Positions 39,598 through 46,924 of a DNA stretch of 64,000 nucleotides are shown here, piece by piece (positions within the stretch are counted from its first letter, which is position 1; each line of letters starts with the position of its first letter). This DNA is from Candidatus Gottesmanbacteria bacterium GW2011_GWA2_43_14 (lineage in GTDB: Bacteria > Patescibacteriota > Microgenomatia > 2-02-FULL-39-11): positions 26,839 to 90,838 of the forward strand of contig LCFP01000003.1 of NCBI GenBank assembly GCA_000999095.1, given 5' to 3'. The translations under genes were made by a program, and so were the position numbers. A model generated the notes under the pieces. The model saw only the letters and a program-made list of their open reading frames with translations. It did not search any database and had not been told where the DNA came from.

Positions 39598-39849
39598 ATG
39601 ATAGCTGCCATAGATTTTTTTTATATTGCCATAGGTTTCGGTTTTCTCATCGCTTCTGTCAGTCTAGCCGTGACGCTGGTCGCTTTAACAAGAACAGTCA
39701 TGGTTGCTAAAAAAATTATTGAGGATGTGGAGGATACAACCCGCGATATCAAACTGTTGAAAAGCGGACTTAAAGTCGGATTATTGTCAATGGCAACAAA
39801 AGTAATCGGTTATTTCGCTAATAAAAAGAGTCAAAATGAAAGGGGGTGA
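39598..39849 (+). CDS. DUF948/YtxG-like small membrane protein
   Basis: One TM followed by a coiled coil; directly upstream of the YtxH-like gene. Confidence 0.6.
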   Translation: MIAAIDFFYIAIGFGFLIASVSLAVTLVALTRTVMVAKKIIEDVEDTTRDIKLLKSGLKVGLLSMATKVIGYFANKKSQNERG

Positions 39850-39860
39850 ACAAAAGATAT

Positions 39861-40136
39861 ATGAACACAAATAATGTTAATAAAAATAATTCGGGAGGCA
39901 GTAAAATGCTGATTTCGGCAGCTTTAGGTGCTGCCTTCGGTGCGGCTGCGGTTGTACTGTCGGACAGAAAAAAGAGGGAAAAAATCAAAAAAGCCGTCGA
40001 CGAAATCATTACCAAAGGCAATCAGCAGATAGACAGGATCAGGGAAACCGCGGAAATCGCCACAGACAAGGGGCGGAAAATTCTTAACGACGAACTTGAC
40101 AAGCAGAAACATCTGATCAGCAAGAAATCAGAGTAA
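39861..40136 (+). CDS. YtxH-domain protein
   Basis: A.LGAA.GAAA.VL....R.KIK plus charged coiled coil; SD AAGGGGGTGA. Confidence 0.75.
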   Translation: MNTNNVNKNNSGGSKMLISAALGAAFGAAAVVLSDRKKREKIKKAVDEIITKGNQQIDRIRETAEIATDKGRKILNDELDKQKHLISKKSE

Positions 40137-40175
40137 GGAAATTTTACGGCAGAAACCCGAAATAAAAAACAAACA

Positions 40176-40230
40176 TCTTATTGTTTTTTTACTTCCTTCA
40201 ATGTCTAAATTAACCTTTGTTTGTTATGCT
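40176..40230 (+). promoter_or_regulatory. TCTTAT-N5-TTTTAC box plus -10 (TATGCT 40225)
   Basis: Repeats at 40176 and 40187; -10 at +49; ATG 40238 follows 7 nt later. Confidence 0.65.
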
Positions 40231-40237
40231 TCGGGCT

Positions 40238-40669
40238 ATGTCAAAAAATTCCTTTCTTATTTTGACCGTGGGCTTGGCTGCATTGATACTTGTTATCGGT
40301 GCAACCGGTTTAAAGCGGGAGACTGACCTTAATAATTATGCGGTCGGCGGAGGCCCCCCTGAAGTAATTGAAAGTCCGACTCAAACAACAACGACAAGTG
40401 CAGTTATAGTGGTGTATTTAACTGCCGGTTATGAGCCGGTTATAGTTACTATCAGAAAGGGAGAAACCGTCAGTTGGATAAACAGGTCTGAAGAAATGAT
40501 GCAGGTGGCTTCAGATCCTCACCCCACCCATGACTTTTACCCGGGATTTGACCAGTTATACGGTGTCGGACAAGGCCAGACGTATACTTTTACTTTTGAT
40601 AAACCCGGAATTTGGAATTACTATAATCATTTAAATCCGGCACATGCAGGCAGGATTGTCGTTATCTGA
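40238..40669 (+). CDS. Membrane-anchored cupredoxin-fold protein
   Basis: Y.P..VTI.KG.TV.W.N...SDPHPTH...G.TY.FTF.KPG.W.Y.NH..P...G.I.V. Start set by promoter position. Confidence 0.85.
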   Translation: MSKNSFLILTVGLAALILVIGATGLKRETDLNNYAVGGGPPEVIESPTQTTTTSAVIVVYLTAGYEPVIVTIRKGETVSWINRSEEMMQVASDPHPTHDFYPGFDQLYGVGQGQTYTFTFDKPGIWNYYNHLNPAHAGRIVVI

Positions 40670-40683
40670 AAATCAGCTTAATT

Positions 40684-40738
40684 TCTTACACAGCTCTTAC
40701 CGGTCCGGCCGATTAATCTTAAACCCCTCCCATAAACT
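40684..40738 (+). promoter_or_regulatory. TCTTAC-N5-TCTTAC box plus -10 (TAAACT 40733)
   Basis: Perfect repeats at 40684 and 40695; -10 at +49. Confidence 0.7.
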
Positions 40739-40744
40739 CTCATT

Positions 40745-40848
40745 TGTTGAAGATGCTGTTACAGGAATTTTCCATAACATACTCATCTTCTCTAAATAAA
40801 CTTTAAACGCTTTCGAATAGCCAATTTGACTATCGAAAGCGTTTTTTT
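40745..40848 (+). ncRNA. Candidate structured small RNA (alternatively a 17-aa ORF at 40753-40806)
   Basis: Lies between a boxed promoter and an intrinsic terminator; 5' stem-loop GAAGATG/CATCTTC, TGTTA/TAACA, GGA/TCC. Confidence 0.5.
40805..40848 (+). terminator. Rho-independent terminator
   Basis: AAACGCTTTCGA...TCGAAAGCGTTT followed by a T7 run. Confidence 0.85.
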
Positions 40849-40858
40849 ATATAACATT

Positions 40859-40913
40859 TCTTACCGCTATCTTATCAGCCTGAAGAGTTTTTTTAATGCC
40901 CCCAAGTTAGAAT
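40859..40913 (+). promoter_or_regulatory. TCTTAC-N5-TCTTAT box plus -10 (TAGAAT 40908)
   Basis: Repeats at 40859 and 40870; -10 at +49; ATG 40921 follows 7 nt later. Confidence 0.75.
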
Positions 40914-40920
40914 ATGGGGT

Positions 40921-41142
40921 ATGGTAAATAAATACCCCCAGGCAGCTGAAAAGGAAGAAAATATAGGTTTCCTCTCGGGAATAATGATTTTGATTGTAGC
41001 CGTTTTCCTGTTTTTGTATTTCGGTTTGCCCCTGATTGAACAAACAGGACAGTTAAATACGATGTTAAATGAAGAGCAGGGGGTGGGCGGAAATTTTTAT
41101 GTGCCTGAAGAATTTGCGGTCCATGAAAATAGTCTTAAATAG
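40921..41142 (+). CDS. Small single-TM protein (YFGLP motif)
   Basis: One TM; resembles 38507-38716. Confidence 0.7.
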   Translation: MVNKYPQAAEKEENIGFLSGIMILIVAVFLFLYFGLPLIEQTGQLNTMLNEEQGVGGNFYVPEEFAVHENSLK

Positions 41143-41158
41143 TGAGTTGGGTAAATCT

Positions 41159-41224
41159 TCTTACCGTAAATTTACATAATTCTCACGTTCTACTTACGGG
41201 ATTTAAATACCCTCAATTTATCCT
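41159..41224 (+). promoter_or_regulatory. Four-copy 11-bp-period box array plus -10 (TATCCT 41219)
   Basis: TCTTAC 41159, ATTTAC 41170, TCTCAC 41181, ACTTAC 41192. Confidence 0.65.
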
Positions 41225-41233
41225 TTTATTTGC

Positions 41234-43786
41234 ATGATACCGGGAAAAGTGGCTATGATTTCTCCAGCTCACCTTGACTTAGTCATAAACAGTATTGCAG
41301 AAGGTATTACCGTTCAGGATATGCGAGGAAACTTAATTTACGTAAATGAGGCAGCTGCCAGATTGACTGGTTTTAAGAGTGCAAAAGAGTTGCTTTCAAC
41401 ACCGCGCGAAAAAATCCTGGAAAAGTATGAATTGCTGGATGAAGCCAGGCGGCTTATACGCGCAGGCCGTTTGCCGGGAAGAATGGTAATCAGTTCGGGA
41501 AAACCCCAGGAGGAAGTCATTCAGTTTCGGATACTCGCAACCGGCGAAAAACGGTGGTCGACCGTTAAATCCAGACCGGTTAACGATAAACAAAAAAAAC
41601 TGAAGGTCATCGTAAATGTTTTCAGGGATATTACCCGTGAAAAAGTTACCCAAGACCAATTGATACATAAGATCAGACAGCAGGAATCAGTTTCCCTATT
41701 GGGGCAAAAATCGCTGGAAGGTGCATCAAGCAGTAAAATCATGCAGTTTGCCCTGGAAATTCTCTCCCTGCGGCTGCCTATTGAATACTCGAAAATCGCT
41801 CGGATGGATGACGACGGTAAAAGCCTGCTAATAATCTACGGAAAAGGCTGGAGGAAAGGGAATATAGGGACAGTTCGCGAGGCAAGCGACATATATTCTC
41901 CGGCAGGATATACCCTGAAATCGAGGAAACCGGTGATCATGAATAACTTGGCTGAGGAAAAAAGGTTTAAAATTCCGGCTTTTCTCAAAGATCACGGGAT
42001 AAACAGCGGAATGAGTGTCATAATTCATGGTGAGCAGAAACCCTTCGGAGTTCTCGGAGTCTATTCCAATTCAGCAGTCAAATTCAACCGCGATGACATT
42101 TATTTCCTGTCCCAGGTCTCAAATATAATCGCGGAAAGCATAGAGGGGGAAAAGAAAGTAGAAGAGATAAAATTCCAGACAAAACTAATAAATGCTGTTG
42201 AAGAGGCAGTAATTGCAACTGATCCGGATGGGAAAGTAATTTTTTGGAATGACTATGCTTCAAAACTATACGGCTGGAAAATGTCGGAAATGAAAGGTAA
42301 AAATTTAATGAAAATAATTCCCGATTGGGAGAAAAATAAAACAAAATTTGCCATGGCCGCCGTTAGAAAATCCGACAGCTGGTCCGGAGAAATGCAACTT
42401 CTCAATAAAAACGGCAAAGTCTTCACTGCCTCGGTTTCTGATTATCCGGTCATGGGAAATAACGGAAAACTTATTGGTATGGTGGGTGTTTCCCGAAATA
42501 TTTCAATAGAAAAACGGCAGGAAATAAGTCTGCTGTTTTTGGAAAGGGCCACTGCCATGATGGGTTCATCATTGGAATACGAGAAAACATTAGCGGAAGT
42601 TTGCCGCCTCGCCGTTTCTGAATTTTGCGAGTGGTGTGTAGTTGATTTATGGGAAGACGGTAAATTAAGACAACTCTCGGTCAGCCATTTCCGGAAATCG
42701 ATGGTTGATAAAGCCCTGATTTTTCAAAAACAATACCCACCGAACTTAAATAAAACTGAAGGCAGGCTGATAATTGCCCGAAGCGGAAAACGCATATTCA
42801 TACCTGAAATTAATAAGTTGATGTTAAAGAAATATGCCATGTCTGCCGAACAGCTGAAGCAGTTGGAATCTTTTAATTTTAACTCTTACATAGGAATTCC
42901 GATCAAATACCAGGAAAAAACATTAGGCGTCCTAAGTTTTATCAACACCGGGGGAAACAGAATTTTTTCAAGGGCGGATTTATCAATAGCCCAAAATGTA
43001 GCTAACCGGGCCGGTGTAGCCATCGAAAACGCCAGATTGTACAACCTGGCGCAGGAAAAGATAAGTGAAAAGGAAGAGATAGAAAAAAGAAAGGATGAAT
43101 TTATATCCATTGCTTCTCATGAGTTGAAAACACCTTTAACTTCAATCAAAGCCTTCACCCAAATTCTGTTAAAGAGCGTGTCTGACGACGAAATCAAACA
43201 TAAGAAATATCTCACAAGAATGGACCAGCAGCTGGACAAGCTGACAGAACTCATAAATGATCTTCTGGATGTTTCCAGAATTAAATCAGGAGTGTTGGAG
43301 CTTCGGGAGGAAATTTTTCCCCTGGATATATTTGTCAGGGAAGTCGTAGAGGATGTGGCCAGCATTGTACCCAATAATGACATAGTCGTTGTCGGCAGGA
43401 CAGGCAGGCTGATCAAATCGGATAAAAATAGAATCAGCCAGGTGCTCACAAATCTATTAACCAATGCCGGTAAGTATTCTCCAAACGGCCGCGAAATCCT
43501 GGTCAGGCTTGATTATTCCGACAAGGAGGTCACTATTCATGTGGAAGATTTCGGGATAGGTATTGCTAAAAACAAAATAAATAAAATATTCCAAAGGTTT
43601 ACCAGGATCAACAATCCGAAAAATGAAAAATCTCCCGGTTTAGGATTGGGCCTTTACATATCATCCCAAATCATCAACCGGCTGGGAGGGGAACTCCGTG
43701 TTAAAAGTGAACCAGGAAAAGGTTCCGTTTTCAGTTTCAACCTGCCTACTCTTAAAGAAAAGCAACTGTTATTATCATATAATTAA
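41234..43786 (+). CDS. Cytoplasmic PAS-GAF-PAS-GAF histidine kinase
   Basis: Two PAS domains (RDIT, RNIS), two GAF domains (AIENARLY), ASHELKTPLT, NAGKY, DFGIGI, GLGLGL; no TM. Confidence 0.92.
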   Translation: MIPGKVAMISPAHLDLVINSIAEGITVQDMRGNLIYVNEAAARLTGFKSAKELLSTPREKILEKYELLDEARRLIRAGRLPGRMVISSGKPQEEVIQFRILATGEKRWSTVKSRPVNDKQKKLKVIVNVFRDITREKVTQDQLIHKIRQQESVSLLGQKSLEGASSSKIMQFALEILSLRLPIEYSKIARMDDDGKSLLIIYGKGWRKGNIGTVREASDIYSPAGYTLKSRKPVIMNNLAEEKRFKIPAFLKDHGINSGMSVIIHGEQKPFGVLGVYSNSAVKFNRDDIYFLSQVSNIIAESIEGEKKVEEIKFQTKLINAVEEAVIATDPDGKVIFWNDYASKLYGWKMSEMKGKNLMKIIPDWEKNKTKFAMAAVRKSDSWSGEMQLLNKNGKVFTASVSDYPVMGNNGKLIGMVGVSRNISIEKRQEISLLFLERATAMMGSSLEYEKTLAEVCRLAVSEFCEWCVVDLWEDGKLRQLSVSHFRKSMVDKALIFQKQYPPNLNKTEGRLIIARSGKRIFIPEINKLMLKKYAMSAEQLKQLESFNFNSYIGIPIKYQEKTLGVLSFINTGGNRIFSRADLSIAQNVANRAGVAIENARLYNLAQEKISEKEEIEKRKDEFISIASHELKTPLTSIKAFTQILLKSVSDDEIKHKKYLTRMDQQLDKLTELINDLLDVSRIKSGVLELREEIFPLDIFVREVVEDVASIVPNNDIVVVGRTGRLIKSDKNRISQVLTNLLTNAGKYSPNGREILVRLDYSDKEVTIHVEDFGIGIAKNKINKIFQRFTRINNPKNEKSPGLGLGLYISSQIINRLGGELRVKSEPGKGSVFSFNLPTLKEKQLLLSYN

Positions 43787-43793
43787 ATTTAAT

Positions 43794-44186
43794 ATGAACG
43801 GAAAGAAGCATATTCTGATTGTTGACGATGACTCGGCAATTCTTGATGTCATTCAGATCATTCTCAATGACGCCGGATATGCGACCCATATCATTTCAGA
43901 CGGGGATCAGGTGAGAAATTTCCTTAACAGGCAACGGGTGGATTTAATTCTTCTTGATATCTGGATGTCAGGCATGGACGGATCGGAAATTACAAAAATG
44001 CTGAAAGATGATAATGGCACTAAAAGCATCCCCGTTATCATGATTTCGGCCAACAATCAGGGGATGAATATTGCCAAGTCTTCCGGAGCTGACGGTTTTA
44101 TCGCTAAACCGTTCGAAATTGACCAACTTTTAAATGTGGTAGCCAAATTTATCAACGGAAAAAAGCTTTTAACCGAAAACTACTAA
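43794..44186 (+). CDS. Single-domain (CheY-like) response regulator
   Basis: ILIVDDD, LLDIWM, ISA, KPF; ATG 43794. Confidence 0.92.
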   Translation: MNGKKHILIVDDDSAILDVIQIILNDAGYATHIISDGDQVRNFLNRQRVDLILLDIWMSGMDGSEITKMLKDDNGTKSIPVIMISANNQGMNIAKSSGADGFIAKPFEIDQLLNVVAKFINGKKLLTENY

Positions 44187-44246
44187 GACTGCTGCGAAAA
44201 AAGGGATGACTACAGTCACTACGCTGATAAAAATTTTGTTAAGCAT
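44169..44246 (-). CDS. Putative 25-aa hydrophobic membrane peptide
   Basis: Manual translation MLNKIFISVVTVVIPFFAAVLVVFG; extended -10-like TGgCAAGAT 8 nt upstream. Confidence 0.4.
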   Translation of the reverse strand: MLNKIFISVVTVVIPFFAAVLVVFG

Positions 44247-44317
44247 ATTTGCTTATCTTGCCATAAACGCATAAACCGGACTTCAGAAGTTCTGTAATAA
44301 AATAATAATAAATTTTT

Positions 44318-44397
44318 TCTTACAAATCTCTTACCCTCAAACTTATATATTTTATTAAAAATACCTCTTGACATACCGCAAAAGCTGATGGTATATT
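44318..44397 (+). promoter_or_regulatory. TCTTAC-N5-TCTTAC box upstream of a canonical sigma70 promoter for the GH18-dac-PBP genes
   Basis: Repeats at 44318 and 44329; TTGACA(44368)-18-TATATT(44392) with a TG extension. Confidence 0.7.
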
Positions 44398-44456
44398 GGC
44401 AACTCTCTTAAGGTAATAAAAAAGTTAAAAACATGTAAGGAATTGTTAAGAAACAA

Positions 44457-45776
44457 GTGCCTGTCCAAAAACTAATCAGCAAATTATCGCAAAATAAAGA
44501 AAAATATTTAATCTTTGCCCTGATTGAATCAATACTTCTCCTCCTCCTATTTATTCACCGCTTAACTGACGTAAAACAAATCTTAAGTCCGCTTGTTTTT
44601 CCGGATACAGCCAACCAGGAAAGAATCCTGCAGAAAAACCAACGCGAAGTATTCGGATTCGCACCTTATTGGGTATTTGACCGGCGATTGGATAATGTTG
44701 ATTTCAGCGTCCTGACTACATTCGCTTATTTCGGTATTGACGTACTGGATACAGGCTACCTCAATAAAAAAAATGATGCCTACCGCGTCTTTAACAGTCG
44801 TAGGGCAACCGATATTTTCAGTAAGGCGCATCGGAACGGTACCAAAGTAGTTTTGACTTTGACCCAGATGGATAACGCGACCATCACAAAATTTCTGGAT
44901 AATCCGTCCGCCTGGAAAAGATCCTCAACCGAAGCTGCAGCCGAAGTGAAACGCCGGGGGATCGACGGAGTCAATGTTGATTTTGAATATGTCGGCAATC
45001 CTGGTTCGAGCTACCGCCGGAAATTCAGCGATTTTGTCCGGATTCTGACAACGGAGATGCACAGGAATCTGCCTGACTCCCGGGTTACTGTTTCCGTTTA
45101 TGCTTCATCAGCCAAGGAACCCAAGCTTTATGATATCGGCGCTTTAGCCAATGACAGTGACGGCATTTTCATGATGGCCTATGATTACGCCACAACAACG
45201 GCCGAAAAGGTAATGCCTACTTCGCCTCTTTACGGTTATAAAGAAGGAAAATACTGGTATGATGTATCGACAGCCATCGAGGATTTTCTGAAAGAGATGC
45301 CGGCGGAAAAGCTGATTTTGGGAGTACCCTGGTACGGTTACAATTATGCGGTAGCTTCTCCTGAAATTAATGCTTCTGTCAACCGCGGATATTATACCTG
45401 GCGGAGAATCGGCAGGCGGAATATAAGAGTTTTTAATCCCCAAAGAGGAACAGCCCAGACATATTCGGCCCTTAAAAATAAAATCAGCGTCACGCCCCAA
45501 GAAGGAGAAACTTTACTTTCCGGATGGGACGATATCGGCCAGGTCGGCTGGCAGGCATACAAGAGCAGAGGAGTCTGGAGAATGATTTTCATCGAAGACA
45601 GCCGTTCTCTGGGTGTGAAATACGATTTTGCCATAAGCAAGAATTTGGGCGGGATAGGTATTTGGGCTTTGGGTTTTGACCAGGGAGGTGAATTTTGGCA
45701 GGTGCTGGCTGAAAAGTACGGACGCAAATTGGCCGAAAACAACCGTGTCAGTAAAAAAATAAATAAGAATATATGA
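44457..45776 (+). CDS. Glycoside hydrolase family 18, membrane-anchored
   Basis: DGVNVDFE, MMAYDY, KLILGVPWYG, LGGIGIWALG. Confidence 0.9.
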   Translation: MPVQKLISKLSQNKEKYLIFALIESILLLLLFIHRLTDVKQILSPLVFPDTANQERILQKNQREVFGFAPYWVFDRRLDNVDFSVLTTFAYFGIDVLDTGYLNKKNDAYRVFNSRRATDIFSKAHRNGTKVVLTLTQMDNATITKFLDNPSAWKRSSTEAAAEVKRRGIDGVNVDFEYVGNPGSSYRRKFSDFVRILTTEMHRNLPDSRVTVSVYASSAKEPKLYDIGALANDSDGIFMMAYDYATTTAEKVMPTSPLYGYKEGKYWYDVSTAIEDFLKEMPAEKLILGVPWYGYNYAVASPEINASVNRGYYTWRRIGRRNIRVFNPQRGTAQTYSALKNKISVTPQEGETLLSGWDDIGQVGWQAYKSRGVWRMIFIEDSRSLGVKYDFAISKNLGGIGIWALGFDQGGEFWQVLAEKYGRKLAENNRVSKKINKNI

Positions 45777-46858
45777 AAGATTTTGAAGTTAAATTCGATC
45801 TAACTTACGATAAACAGAAATTCAGGACGCTAAACTGGAAAATATTTCTGGTAAGCATGGCCGTATCCGCCCTGCTCTCAGTGTTCACCTCCTCTATTCC
45901 CCGAATCAGCCTTCTGTCACCGGCTATCGATAATATGCGGATTGATGTATTTTCCGTTGTTTTGCCGAAACTTAAAGAAATACCCAATGAATTCATACTC
46001 CGTAAAAAATCTTCTTTGGTTTCCTCGGCTTATGCCACAGGAGAGTTGGATAAGGCGAAAGCCTACGGTATTATCAATTTTGAAACGGGAGAAATAATCA
46101 GGGAGAAAAACCTGGATAAAATACTGCCGATTGCCTCTTTGACCAAAGTCATGACAGCTGTGGTTGCAATGGACCTGGCAGATAAAGATGAAACATTTAC
46201 CGTCTCAAGGAATGCTGCCAATAAGATTCCAACCAAAATCGGGGTAGTGCCCGGCCAAAAACTCTCCCTCGAAGAACTTTTGAATGCTCTCCTTTTGACC
46301 AGCGCCAATGATGCGGCTGAAGTTATAAAGGAAGGCATTGACAGTAAATACGGGGCTGAAATATTTATCAGAGCCATGAATGCCAAGGCTGAATTTTTAG
46401 GACTCCGTCACAGTACTTTCCAGAATCCCCAGGGATTTGATGCGCCAAATCACTATTCCAGTGCCGGTGATATGACTGTTTTAAGCCATTATGCGTTGGA
46501 AAATTATCCAGTGATATCACAAATCGTGGTCAAGGACTTTCAAAGACTGTCACAAACCAGGCAGCACAAAAAATACGACCTTTATAACTGGAACGGCCTG
46601 ATCGGGGTATACCCTAATGTTTTCGGAGTAAAGATCGGTTATACGGGAAAAGCCGGGAAAACAACCGTTGTCGTATCCCAAAGGGACGGCGTTAAAATTA
46701 TGGCAGTTGTTCTGGGAGCGCCGACGGTTCTCGCGCGCGACCTCTGGGCGGGGCAGGCATTGGACATTGGTTTTGAAGAAACGGCAGGCCTGCCTGCCAT
46801 AAATATTTCCGAGCAGCAATTAAAAGCGAAATATTTGACCTGGAATAACTGGCCATAA
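45773..46858 (+). CDS. D-alanyl-D-alanine carboxypeptidase (peptidase S11)
   Basis: PIASLTKVMT, SANDAA, F.NP.G.D, KIGYT (KTG variant). Confidence 0.9.
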   Translation: MKDFEVKFDLTYDKQKFRTLNWKIFLVSMAVSALLSVFTSSIPRISLLSPAIDNMRIDVFSVVLPKLKEIPNEFILRKKSSLVSSAYATGELDKAKAYGIINFETGEIIREKNLDKILPIASLTKVMTAVVAMDLADKDETFTVSRNAANKIPTKIGVVPGQKLSLEELLNALLLTSANDAAEVIKEGIDSKYGAEIFIRAMNAKAEFLGLRHSTFQNPQGFDAPNHYSSAGDMTVLSHYALENYPVISQIVVKDFQRLSQTRQHKKYDLYNWNGLIGVYPNVFGVKIGYTGKAGKTTVVVSQRDGVKIMAVVLGAPTVLARDLWAGQALDIGFEETAGLPAINISEQQLKAKYLTWNNWP

Positions 46859-46924
46859 CTTCTTTCTTACCAACTCTAACTATCTCCTTTAAATGAAACA
46901 TCCATAATCTGAAAACGCTAACCT

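Noticed and set aside
40847-40860. TATATAACATTTC resembling half of a gammaproteobacterial Zur box
   Set aside because: Only a half-site, and it overlaps the terminator tail and the TCTTAC box; likely coincidence.
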